Assembly: GCA_036389135.1 (NCBI GenBank)
Contig: DASVQP010000048.1
Coordinates: 58,399 to 122,398, forward strand
DNA: 64,000 bases
From: Longimicrobium sp.
Lineage (GTDB): Bacteria > Gemmatimonadota > Gemmatimonadetes > Longimicrobiales > Longimicrobiaceae
Direction: 5' to 3'
Within the stretch, counting starts at the first letter, position 1. Each line of letters opens with the position of its first letter. This document shows, piece after piece, positions 1 through 9,419 of the stretch. The position numbers and the translations under genes were made by a program. The notes beneath the pieces were generated by a model. It had not been told where the DNA came from, made no database searches, and saw only the letters and a list, made by a program, of their open reading frames with translations.

Positions 1-826
1 CCGGGACGGTGGCGGCCGGCGCGGCGGTGCGCACCCCCAGCAAGGCGAGCAGCGCCGCGAACAGCCGTCCGATCGCGGTACGGGCGAGCGGAGGCGGCGG
101 GGAGGGCGGGGGCGCCGGCGGACGCACCACCACGAAGCGCTTGCGGCAGGAGACGACCCGCTCGGCGTCCGGCAGGTTCTCGGTGACCGAGACGGCCTCC
201 ACCCGCAGCTCCGCCTCGCGCCCCTCGCCCACCGTGCGCATCACCAGCGTCAGGGCGAAGCAGAGGCGGTCGGTGACCTCCACCTCCACCATCCCGCCGT
301 AGCGCCCCAGGAAGTCGCCGGGTGAGGTACGCGGGTCCACGCCGGCGCGCACCGCGTCGTAGCTGGCAAGGTCGGCAAAGCGCAGCACCACGTCGCGGTG
401 GCGCGGGGGAGTGGTGCCCTCCACCGGGGCGTGGTAGGTCCAGCGGCGGTCCGTGCCCGCCTCCACCACCGCCGCCGGCCGGTCCTTGGCCAGCTTCACC
501 ACGCAGGCGCGGCGGCGGTAGGGGGCGCGCAGCACCACCACGAAGTCGTCGGGGCGGTTGAAGCCGTAGGGCGCCGAGTAGGGCGGGTTCGTCCCGCTGG
601 CCAGGTTCCCCTTGGGCAGGTGCGTCTCACCCACCCCGCGCAGCAGGTCCCAGCGCAGGTGGATGCCGCTGGCGCTCCCGTCGGATCCGTCGCTTCCCGC
701 CGCCTGCAGGTACAGGTAGGGGCTCTGCACCAGCGCCGTTCTGGCGGCCAGCTGCTGCGGCACGGTGTCCACGCCGCCGCGGGGGTCGGCGACCGTCTCG
801 GGCGGGTAGGGGGTGACGGTGCTCAT
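1..826 (-). CDS. hypothetical protein, N-terminal part only (gene continues past the left edge); fourth gene of the giant-protein run
   Basis: The ATG at 824-826 overlaps the stop (823-825) of the upstream 1989-aa ORF as ATGA. The minus frame stays open to base 1 with strong third-position G/C. It begins MSTVTPYPPETVADPRGG. It is absent from the ORF track because it has no stop inside the window. No motif recognised. Confidence 0.7.
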   Translation of the reverse strand, partial: MSTVTPYPPETVADPRGGVDTVPQQLAARTALVQSPYLYLQAAGSDGSDGSASGIHLRWDLLRGVGETHLPKGNLASGTNPPYSAPYGFNRPDDFVVVLRAPYRRRACVVKLAKDRPAAVVEAGTDRRWTYHAPVEGTTPPRHRDVVLRFADLASYDAVRAGVDPRTSPGDFLGRYGGMVEVEVTDRLCFALTLVMRTVGEGREAELRVEAVSVTENLPDAERVVSCRKRFVVVRPPAPPPSPPPPLARTAIGRLFAALLALLGVRTAAPAATVP

Positions 827-3800
827 TGCGTGACTCCCCCGGGCGAGAGGGCGGGGCCCGCCGGGCCGGTGGGATCCACGGGCGGCGAAAGGAAGAGGGT
901 CACCGTCACCACGCTCGCCGGTGCCCAGGCGGCGCCGTTCCACTCCGGCAGGGTGAAGGTGAAGTCCAGGTCGTGCAGCGCCACGTTCAGCCCGGGGTGG
1001 CCCACGAACGCCATCGCCCGGTCCTTCGAGTGCACGGTGGTGAAGGAGACCGGCGGCGCGTTCCGCTGCGTGAGCACCAGGGTAGGGGCGGCGCCCGCGT
1101 CGGTGATGCGGGGGTCGATCAAAGGCTCGGGGCTGCGCACCAGGAAGCCGAGCACGCCCCCGCCTGCCGCGTCGCGGACGATCGTGAAGTCGGTGCCCAC
1201 CGGCGGGTCGAGGGCGGGAAGGCGCAGCACCCCCTGCGCCAGCCGGTCGAACGGATGCCCGTACTCCCGCTCCAGCGGGTCGCCCGAGGGCGGGGCGTGC
1301 GAGAGCAGCGCCACCAGTTGCGCGGTGCGACCTGCGTCCAGGGTCACGGCCACGTCGTCGTACACGGCGTCGCGCAGGTACGTCCCGTCGGCGTCGGCCA
1401 GGCGGTAGCTGTTCACCTGCTCCGGGTGGTCCGCGTAGCGCGACGTCCGGAAGTTTTCGCGGTGCACCTCCTGGACGGCGGCGCCGAAGCGCGCCGTGAA
1501 CACGGCCAGGTACAGCTTGCGAGGCTTGAGGCGTTCCACGCTCACCGTGGCCTGCACCCCCGGTGGCGCGATCCCGCCCTGGCCCACGCCGGTGCAGGGG
1601 TCGCCCTGCGTGGCCAGGTTGTTCAGCAGCTTCACGTCGGGCGGCGAGTGCCTCGCCAGCCCGGCGGTGAAGGCCAGGTAGACGGGGGGGACCTCGCCCG
1701 GGGCGCCGGGCGCGGGCCTCGGGTCCACCGGGTCCAGGATGGCCACCTCCAGGGTGCTTGAGACGGCGGGGTTCCCGTTGTACGCGTCGAACTGGCCGCC
1801 GAACATGGTGGCCACGTACGGGTGCAGCCACGCCAGCCGCAGCCGCGGCTCCACGTAGTAGAGCGGCTTGGCGTTCAGCACGTTGCCGTCGGCGCTGGGG
1901 TAGCTGTGCGCGAAGTCGATGTACGGCTTGAGCGACTGCAGCCGGAACTGGTCGGCGCGGTCGGCCGCGAGGAGCGCCTGGTATTCGGCGCGGTACGGAT
2001 GGAAGTGCCCCAGCGGCCCCCGCGTGCGGAAGCCCAGGTGCAGGTAGCGCCGGGCGGCGGTGGAGATGCCCTGCTCGTCGACGGTGACCCGGTCCACCAC
2101 CTGGAGGGTGACCGCATAAAGGGTGTCGAGCCGCCAGATGGGGTGGAGGGTGCGATTGATGGCCGTCACCATCGCCGTGTTGCTGGCCAGCAGGGCCCCG
2201 GCGCCGGGGATGGTGGCGTTGTACGCCGCGTCTTCCGCCGGCAGCCAGCAGAAGCCGAAAAAGAACGTGGCGCAGCCGTAGTCGAAGGATCGGTCCAGGT
2301 TGCAGGGTGGGTAGTCCTGGCGCGGCGGCCGCTGCCCTCCCAGCCCCTCCCCCACGGTGTCGCCGCGCAACGGGACGGCGCCCGGGCAGCAGCGCAGCAG
2401 CGCGGCCAGCGCCTCCATCTGCCCGCGCAGCTCGTCCGCCTCCGCGCGCAGCTCCTCCGCCAAGCCGTGGTGGTGGACGGCCAGCGCGGGGGAGCAGCAC
2501 TCCCCCTGCGCGCCATCGGCCAGCAGCTCGTGCTCGGCGGCCTGGGCCAACAACTGGGCCACCTCCGCTTCCAGCGCGGCGAGCTGTCCGCGCACCTCGG
2601 CGCAGACCATGGCGAAGTACGCCTCCAAGCTCCCGCACGGCGGCGGAGCCGGCGGTGCGGGGGGCGGCGGACCCCGGTCGGGCCAGGGGGGGCGACCCCC
2701 GGCCGGCGCGGTGGCGACCGCGGTGGGTCCGTCGCGGCAGTCGCATTCCCCTGCCTCGATCACCACCCGGTCGATCGGCGCACCGGGTGCGTCGTAGACC
2801 AGCGGCTGCTGCAGGCGCAGGGGGTCGGCCACCTCGCTGCGCATGGTGATGTCATCGTAGACAGGCTGGTGGCTGGGGTTCACCCCCGTCTGTCGCCGGC
2901 GGCGGTAGTGCACGGTCACCCCGTCGGAGAGGGTGGCCAGCTTCAGCCGCACCCGCGCCGCCGGCTCGGGAAAGACGATCTCCAGCCGCCACCCGGGGCG
3001 CAGCGCCACACCGCGGAGGTGCCCGAACGTGTTGGGGAAGGGGATCGCCCGGCCGTCGCCGCCGGTGAGCCGCACGTCCACGCCGTCGAAGGCGTAGCGC
3101 CGCCCCGACGCCATCGGGTCCGGCCAGGCGGGCCCGTCCACCGCCACGCAGCGCTCCGGGCGCGGGGGCTCGGGGCAGAAGAGCGTTTCGGTGGTGATCC
3201 CGGAGTTTTCGGGGATGAAGGGCCCGGCCGTGTCGTTGACGTAGCTCAGCGGCGTCTGCGACAGCAGCGAGAGCTTGTTCACCCGCCCCGGCTGGTCGGC
3301 CTGCCACCACCCCTCCCGCAGCCCGGCAAGGTCCGCCGGGTCCACGAAGGAAAGGTGGGCGAGCGGGGTGAGCGCGCCGTACACGTCGTAGTCGTCCCAG
3401 CGGCCGGCGGCGGGGTTCCAGGAGCGGATCCGCACCTCCTCCACCACGTACTCGTGCCGCACCTGCGGCGACTTCCCCCGCTGCGGCGGCACCAGGTCGG
3501 CGTTGGCGAAGCCGGTGCCGGTCACCCCGATATTGGTCACGGCGGGCCCCGGCGCCACCGGGCGTTTGAACTCCACGTCGATGGTGCTGTCCAGCGGCAC
3601 CACGAAGTCGTCGAAGCTCCCGCTCCACCCGGCCGTGGGCGGCGGCGGCAGCGCGGCGGCCATGGCGCCCGGCGCCACGTTCAGCGCGAAGCGCTCGCGC
3701 GTGGCCACGCACACCGCGCGGGCCGCCTCGCTGGGGGCGTCCTCGTTGAAGACCGGGAGGGCCGCCGTTTCGAGGTTGGAGTCGAAGGTCCAGGTGAAGT

Positions 3801-6792
3801 CGAGCGTGAAGGTGCCGCCCAGCTTCTTCACCGGCTTGGGGAGGTCGAGCTCCACGCTCACCGAGCCGGTAACGATGAACGGCTTCGGCGCCTCGGCGGC
3901 CAGCGCGGCCGCGAGGCTGACCCCCATCTTGAACTTGAACACCTTCACCGCCGCCGAGCCGCCCATCAGGATCCGGCCGCCGATCTGCTTGGGCTTGAAG
4001 CTCAGCCGCCCCTGCGTGTCGAGGTACACGTGCGCCTCGAAGCGCACGGGTCCGAACCCCTTGGCGAAGTCCCAGCTGACCCCCGCCCCGGCGCGGATCC
4101 CCGAGGCGGAGAGCATCAGGTACGACCAAGCGTCGAACAGGGTGAGGATGCGCGCCGTGATCCGCTTGCTCGCGGGGGTGTCGACGCCGGCGTTGATGTA
4201 CCAGGCGCCGGAGTCCTGGAAGAAGAACCCCATCTCCACCAGCGCCTGCAGGTCGAGGATGGCGCCCGAGCCCTCGGGCACCTGGTAGTCCACCCCGAAG
4301 GCCGCTTGGATCGACTCGCGCGTGACCGCGATCACCACCGAGAACGGCGGCTCCGTGGCGCGCAGGTCCGCCCGCTCGCCCAGCACCGCCGCCTGCCCCA
4401 CCAGCAGCAGGACGTCGGGGAGGGAAAGGAGGAGGAAGAGCTTGGCCGAGATCGCCTTCGCCGAGTCGCTCGCGGTGCCCACCACCGCCCCGGCGCCGAG
4501 CGAGAAACCCTTGCGGGAGGTGAACTTGTCCACGTTCACCCCTTCGCGGTACGAGAGCGGCACCTGCTTCTTGTAGTACTCGTACCACGAGGCGTCGGGT
4601 GGGAGGTTCACCGCGGCGCGGTCGGCCACGTAGTGCATCCCGAGCAGCACGCGGAAGGCGTAGAACGCGAGATTGGTGTTGCCGATGACGATCGGTACCG
4701 ACAGGCTGAGCTCGGCGTCGATCAGGAACGACGGGATCGACGGGTTGAGCCGCATGGCCGCGCTCGCGCCGATCCCCGCTCGGGGGAGCATGAGCCTGAT
4801 GCCGCCCGCGTACTCGGCGCCCGCGCTGGAGCCGGTGGCGTCCGGGTCCGGCTCCTTCACCTGCAAAAAGCCGCTGATCAGCACCGCTGCCTCGTCGGCC
4901 GACTTGCTGCCGGGGATCACCATGTCGACGGCAATCCCCTCCACGCGCATGAACACGTCCAGTGGCGGGCCGTCGGTGCGCCAGTAAATCTTCAATCCGC
5001 TGGCCTGCACCTGAACGCTGCCGGAGTTCACGTCCACCCCGCCGTCGAAGGAGAGCCACTTGTAGCTGAACCCGTTGCGCTCGTACGAGCCGGTTCCGAG
5101 CGCCGTCACCGACAGGGTAACGGGCCCCACCTTGAGGGTAACCGCCTTCGGCAGCACCAGGGTGCCACCCTCGATCTCGAAGGTGCCGTCTTCCCAGATC
5201 ACCAGCTTCTTGAGGTCGACCGAGATCGGGCGGTCGAAGGTGAGCGCGGGGATCTGGAAGGTGAGCGTGGCGGTGCCCGAGGCGCACAGGAAGAAACGGT
5301 CGTCCTCGCGCCCGAAGCCCAGGGTGTAGATCACGAAGTCCATCACCCCGGGGATGCGGATGAGAATGCCGTCCTTTTCCGTGGCCGTCACGCTGAAGTC
5401 GCCGTCCTGGGCGATGTGCGCGCGGATGTCGATGGTGGCGTCGTTCCCCAGGGCGTCCTTGAAGCCGGGGATGGTGATCCACCCGCGGATGTTGGACTCG
5501 ACGATGGCGTTGCGCTCGAAGCGCAGGTCGAAGGCGGTGAGGCCGGCCTCGATGTTCCCGATCTGCGTGTGCATCACTCCCGCGGCGTCGAACCCGATCT
5601 TTCCCGAGAAGCCCCCGGTACCGATGATCAGGTTCGTCCCCACCAGCTTGGGGCCCGTGCCCGTCGTCGTCCCCGACGCCTTGAACCACCTGTTCGGCAG
5701 GCCGATGGTGGCCTCCTTCACGTAGACGCCCACGAAGTCCACCGGCCGCCCGTCCGCCGTGGCCTCGGGGATGTTCTTTGTGCGGCTCAGGTCCAGCTTC
5801 ATGTCGTCGAAGCCGAGCGTGAGCCCCGTGTCGCCGATCTGGCTTGTGGTGAAGCTGAAGGTGCCCAGCGAATCGAACTCGAACCCCGTTTCGGTGGAGT
5901 AGAGCACCGAGCCCGCCACGAAGGTGAGCCGCGACTTCTGTTTCTGATCCTCGGGAAGGGTGGAGTTGGCGTCGATCACCTCACCGGTGTTGGCGTCCAC
6001 CGGCTGCAGCAGCGTGCGCGGGAACTCCAGCGCCAGGCTCAGGTCGCGGATGGCCACGGAGCAGCGGGGGACCAGGAACGCCTTGAAGTCGTCGCGCGAG
6101 AACTCCTTCACCCACTGGCCGAAGAAGGTGGAGATGTCGTTGAACACCTGGTCCACCGAGTCGGCGCTGCTCAGGTAGTCGTAGATCAACTCGTAGAGGG
6201 TGAAGGTCTGCGACTGCTCGAGCTGCGCGAGCAGGTCGTCGATGACTTCGTGGGGGGCGGCGCCGGGGTTCTGCAGGGTGGGGTTGGTGAGGAGGACGGA
6301 GGGGAGGTGCTCGAGGTTGATGCTGTTCACCAGGTCCTGCACCGGGTCGGCTGCTGCGCCGTGGAACAGGTCGATGAGCCGCGCCAGCAGCGCCGGCGGC
6401 GGCGCGCCCGAGATCTCCACCAGCGCGTCGAACACTAGCCGCGGCAGCTCCACCAGGCTCGCGTGCTGGAAGTGGCGCACGTACTTCAGGATCTGCCAGC
6501 GGTAGCTGAGCGCGATGGGGATGGAGGTCTCCGGGCCCGCGACCAGGTCGGGGTACATCACCAGCGCCACGCCCCCCGTACCGGGGATCTCGAAGCCGAG
6601 CCGGCGGTAGATGACCAGTGACAGCTGGTAGAACCCCACGTCGCCGTGCGCGCTCTTCTGGACCTGCAGGTCGCGAAAGAAGAGGCGGTCGAACACGGCG
6701 TGAAGCCCCTCCTGCACGAACCCCAGGTTGGGCGGGATCGCGTCCAGCGGCAGCAGCGTGGAAACGGAGGGGTAGAATGAAGTGTCGGTCAT
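823..6792 (-). CDS. giant hypothetical protein (1989 aa)
   Basis: Single uninterrupted ORF with coding-like third-position G/C and normal amino-acid composition. ATG at 6790-6792 is preceded by an AT-rich leader. No catalytic or repeat motif recognised. Contains an internal Pro-rich, Cys-rich, coiled-coil segment. Confidence 0.85.
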   Translation of the reverse strand: MTDTSFYPSVSTLLPLDAIPPNLGFVQEGLHAVFDRLFFRDLQVQKSAHGDVGFYQLSLVIYRRLGFEIPGTGGVALVMYPDLVAGPETSIPIALSYRWQILKYVRHFQHASLVELPRLVFDALVEISGAPPPALLARLIDLFHGAAADPVQDLVNSINLEHLPSVLLTNPTLQNPGAAPHEVIDDLLAQLEQSQTFTLYELIYDYLSSADSVDQVFNDISTFFGQWVKEFSRDDFKAFLVPRCSVAIRDLSLALEFPRTLLQPVDANTGEVIDANSTLPEDQKQKSRLTFVAGSVLYSTETGFEFDSLGTFSFTTSQIGDTGLTLGFDDMKLDLSRTKNIPEATADGRPVDFVGVYVKEATIGLPNRWFKASGTTTGTGPKLVGTNLIIGTGGFSGKIGFDAAGVMHTQIGNIEAGLTAFDLRFERNAIVESNIRGWITIPGFKDALGNDATIDIRAHIAQDGDFSVTATEKDGILIRIPGVMDFVIYTLGFGREDDRFFLCASGTATLTFQIPALTFDRPISVDLKKLVIWEDGTFEIEGGTLVLPKAVTLKVGPVTLSVTALGTGSYERNGFSYKWLSFDGGVDVNSGSVQVQASGLKIYWRTDGPPLDVFMRVEGIAVDMVIPGSKSADEAAVLISGFLQVKEPDPDATGSSAGAEYAGGIRLMLPRAGIGASAAMRLNPSIPSFLIDAELSLSVPIVIGNTNLAFYAFRVLLGMHYVADRAAVNLPPDASWYEYYKKQVPLSYREGVNVDKFTSRKGFSLGAGAVVGTASDSAKAISAKLFLLLSLPDVLLLVGQAAVLGERADLRATEPPFSVVIAVTRESIQAAFGVDYQVPEGSGAILDLQALVEMGFFFQDSGAWYINAGVDTPASKRITARILTLFDAWSYLMLSASGIRAGAGVSWDFAKGFGPVRFEAHVYLDTQGRLSFKPKQIGGRILMGGSAAVKVFKFKMGVSLAAALAAEAPKPFIVTGSVSVELDLPKPVKKLGGTFTLDFTWTFDSNLETAALPVFNEDAPSEAARAVCVATRERFALNVAPGAMAAALPPPPTAGWSGSFDDFVVPLDSTIDVEFKRPVAPGPAVTNIGVTGTGFANADLVPPQRGKSPQVRHEYVVEEVRIRSWNPAAGRWDDYDVYGALTPLAHLSFVDPADLAGLREGWWQADQPGRVNKLSLLSQTPLSYVNDTAGPFIPENSGITTETLFCPEPPRPERCVAVDGPAWPDPMASGRRYAFDGVDVRLTGGDGRAIPFPNTFGHLRGVALRPGWRLEIVFPEPAARVRLKLATLSDGVTVHYRRRRQTGVNPSHQPVYDDITMRSEVADPLRLQQPLVYDAPGAPIDRVVIEAGECDCRDGPTAVATAPAGGRPPWPDRGPPPPAPPAPPPCGSLEAYFAMVCAEVRGQLAALEAEVAQLLAQAAEHELLADGAQGECCSPALAVHHHGLAEELRAEADELRGQMEALAALLRCCPGAVPLRGDTVGEGLGGQRPPRQDYPPCNLDRSFDYGCATFFFGFCWLPAEDAAYNATIPGAGALLASNTAMVTAINRTLHPIWRLDTLYAVTLQVVDRVTVDEQGISTAARRYLHLGFRTRGPLGHFHPYRAEYQALLAADRADQFRLQSLKPYIDFAHSYPSADGNVLNAKPLYYVEPRLRLAWLHPYVATMFGGQFDAYNGNPAVSSTLEVAILDPVDPRPAPGAPGEVPPVYLAFTAGLARHSPPDVKLLNNLATQGDPCTGVGQGGIAPPGVQATVSVERLKPRKLYLAVFTARFGAAVQEVHRENFRTSRYADHPEQVNSYRLADADGTYLRDAVYDDVAVTLDAGRTAQLVALLSHAPPSGDPLEREYGHPFDRLAQGVLRLPALDPPVGTDFTIVRDAAGGGVLGFLVRSPEPLIDPRITDAGAAPTLVLTQRNAPPVSFTTVHSKDRAMAFVGHPGLNVALHDLDFTFTLPEWNGAAWAPASVVTVTLFLSPPVDPTGPAGPALSPGGVTQ

Positions 6793-6914
6793 GATTTTTA
6801 TCTCAACGAACGACTAGGGTCCAGTAGGGTCCTTCTCTCCAACCGCATGACGGTCGCGATCGAAAGAGTCATACGAGATTGCACGGGCTGGTTCGGGATC
6901 GGTGGGTGAAAGAT

Positions 6915-6993
6915 CTCACGGAGAGTCAGCAGAGTCAGCAGAGTCAGCAGAAACTGCTTTGTTTTTTCTGATGACTCTGCTGACTCTGCGTGA
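6915..6993. repeat. word-repeat hairpin with arms built from tandem CAGAGTCAG units
   Basis: The left arm tcacggagagtcagcagagtcagcagagtcagcag pairs with the right arm ctgatgactctgctgactctgcgtga. It lies between the 784-aa and 1989-aa genes, so it is terminator-like on the minus strand. Confidence 0.8.
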
Positions 6994-7064
6994 TTCCTCT
7001 TTTCCCGTTGTTCCAGAACGATGCTCGGTGATCCAGTATCACGAGTAACTGACGCGAAGCGAGA

Positions 7065-9419
7065 TCATGCTTCAACGCCTTGATAAAGGATCGAGTGAAA
7101 TTTCTCTACATAACCAACCAGGAAGGCACTCCGCGCAGCCAGCTTCCTGTTCCTGGATTTGAAGGCATTTTTCAATTCGTACTGGTTGTGTGATGAGATC
7201 GCCCGGATAATACCAGGGTCATTGCGAGAAATACGGACATATGCACCGTTCTTCATCTTCGGCTTCAACAGCACGTTGTCCATCTCGTACTCGGTCACCA
7301 CCCACCGTCCGATACCACCGTAGGAAACAGTCGCAAACAGCAGCTTCTCAAGAATGTTGGGTGCTGCTCCCGTTGCGATGATGTTCGTGACCTTGTTTTT
7401 GATGAGGGTCTGTGTATAGTATTTTTTTGAAAAGATGAGCAGGTAATTCTGCACAATGGTCCGCTTGGCTACGGGCATCTGGAAAGCGTCGAAGGTAGCT
7501 TTGTTCCTGAGGTAGATCAGCATGCCTGGGCCTCTGTACAACCCGAAGATCTTCTTCAGGGCCGCTTTGAACAGCCCCGCGTTGAATCCTAGTTTGTGAG
7601 TGCCATCCAGCACGGAGTCCGGCGCAGTGAAATCGCCGCTGGCGTAAAAACCGTTTAACAAGGTTTCGAAGCTGGAGTAATTGACTGGATTGTCGGGTAA
7701 CTCACTGGCCGGTCGCACCAGGTAGCGCTGACTATCAGTCGCGGGCGTAATCAGGATCTTCGCCGGAGTTTCCGACGCGGGTTTGTGATAGAAGACTTCA
7801 TGCGAGTAAATGTTTCGGAAGCCGTTGACGGGATCCCCAATCCTCTGCTGAATGGTAACGCGCCACCCCGTGTAACCCGCGGCGGGACCGGTTGCGGAAC
7901 TGATGGCGATCAGACTTTCGTCTATTCCCATCAGATCTCGAAGCGATAGGCGAAGGCTGGCGTCGCCGGCCGCAAACGGAATGGCAACGGAGCGCGACTC
8001 GTAGTGCAACGTGAACGATCCCGTTGCACCAGCGAGTTTCTGGATCGTAAACTCGACCTTGTAGACGTTTGCCGTGGCGTAGTTGCCGCCGATGTCGTAA
8101 CCGTACCCCAGGGTCAGGCCGGACGCCCACCGCGTGGTGGCTTGCGAGCGTATGTTGGGGTTCTCCGCATAGAACTGCCCCGCCTGATAACGGACCAACA
8201 GGCCGGTCAGCACCCCTCCCGACGTGTAGAATGTGTCGGCCGTGAAATCCTCATCACCCGCGAAATCTTCTTCCAGGTAATGGTTGGTTGGTGTGCTGGC
8301 ACTCGTGACATAATATCGGTCAGTGGAATCACGATTGATGGTCCGGCCTGCAATGGCGGCGCTTCCCGGTTGCGGCGAACTCGCGGTAAAGACACCTGCC
8401 GTATCGTATGTGCCGAAGGTGATCCGACGTTTTGCATGCACGACTGTTTCAATCTCATCCGGGTAATGCGCACCCCGCACGAAGTTCTGTGGCTTGTTCT
8501 CCGTATAGACCGTGAGGAAATAGTACAGCGGAAGCGTCTTGATCGCATCGATGGTAGCCTGATCATCGATTGCTTCCTTGGGTACCCGCCCGGGAAAGAG
8601 ATCACCGAAGTCAATTTCGTAATAGGAATATGCACGTGCAGTGTCAGGGGTGTTGTAATCGAAGCTTACGACGTTTCCTCCGTCGTCTACGTGATCGTAC
8701 GTGCTCCCGGCGAGTGCCACCTGTTCACCAGCGCCGTTCAGCCGCTTCACGGCGTAAGCGGCGCGGATGTCATTGGCTCGCTTGCTCCACGTCGTTCCGC
8801 CCACGTCTAGTGGATCGCCAAAATTGGATATGAACGGGCTCCCAGCATAGTAGCTGTCGGAAGGAGTGTCGTAGAACAGGTCCTGACCCGCAATGTCGAA
8901 GTTCGCGACGGGGTTGGGGCGCGTGATGGTGCAGAGTTGAAACTGCGGACTTAGAACTTCACCCTTCGAGTTGACGACTTCGTGGAATGCCCCCAGCACG
9001 TAGGTACCGTCGGGGGTTTTCACGATCCTTCTGTTGCAGTAGAGGTCCAGTTCCGGATCGGTAAGTGGCGGTGAGATCTGGACTGCTTCCCCTTGGAAGG
9101 GGAGGCGGAACATGATCAGGAACGTGAGTTTGTCCAAGCTCTTGTTCGGCTGGCTGGTTCCGGTCTGCTCCAGATCCGGGTTCACTCCGTTGTCGCTCGA
9201 AGGATCCCACTCGGTCGTGATCGTAGCACCGACTTTCGTATAGAAGCCGGCGTATTCGGCAATTTTTCCACGCAGCGGAATCCCAGCAGCCTTGATGTCT
9301 TGGAGCAATTGCCACAGCGGAGCGTCGAAGCCCCCGGGCATCATAGAGGGGATCTCGACGACGCCCGTGTTGACTTCGGTAGACGAGGAGATCTGGGCCT
9401 GTGGATCAAGCGCCAGCAT
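7065..9419 (-). CDS. hypothetical protein (784 aa), visibly AT-richer than its surroundings
   Basis: Long ORF with protein-like composition rich in Y/N/K/F. Its start overlaps the stop of the upstream gene by 14 nt. No motif recognised. Confidence 0.85.
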   Translation of the reverse strand: MLALDPQAQISSSTEVNTGVVEIPSMMPGGFDAPLWQLLQDIKAAGIPLRGKIAEYAGFYTKVGATITTEWDPSSDNGVNPDLEQTGTSQPNKSLDKLTFLIMFRLPFQGEAVQISPPLTDPELDLYCNRRIVKTPDGTYVLGAFHEVVNSKGEVLSPQFQLCTITRPNPVANFDIAGQDLFYDTPSDSYYAGSPFISNFGDPLDVGGTTWSKRANDIRAAYAVKRLNGAGEQVALAGSTYDHVDDGGNVVSFDYNTPDTARAYSYYEIDFGDLFPGRVPKEAIDDQATIDAIKTLPLYYFLTVYTENKPQNFVRGAHYPDEIETVVHAKRRITFGTYDTAGVFTASSPQPGSAAIAGRTINRDSTDRYYVTSASTPTNHYLEEDFAGDEDFTADTFYTSGGVLTGLLVRYQAGQFYAENPNIRSQATTRWASGLTLGYGYDIGGNYATANVYKVEFTIQKLAGATGSFTLHYESRSVAIPFAAGDASLRLSLRDLMGIDESLIAISSATGPAAGYTGWRVTIQQRIGDPVNGFRNIYSHEVFYHKPASETPAKILITPATDSQRYLVRPASELPDNPVNYSSFETLLNGFYASGDFTAPDSVLDGTHKLGFNAGLFKAALKKIFGLYRGPGMLIYLRNKATFDAFQMPVAKRTIVQNYLLIFSKKYYTQTLIKNKVTNIIATGAAPNILEKLLFATVSYGGIGRWVVTEYEMDNVLLKPKMKNGAYVRISRNDPGIIRAISSHNQYELKNAFKSRNRKLAARSAFLVGYVEKFHSILYQGVEA

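Noticed and set aside
1822-6438. 1538-aa plus-strand ORF, and the many other plus-strand ORFs between 9 and 6505
   Set aside because: They lie antisense to the 1989-aa gene. Their translations are R/G/A/P/H-rich low-complexity strings typical of non-coding frames in high-GC DNA. The minus-strand frame has normal composition.
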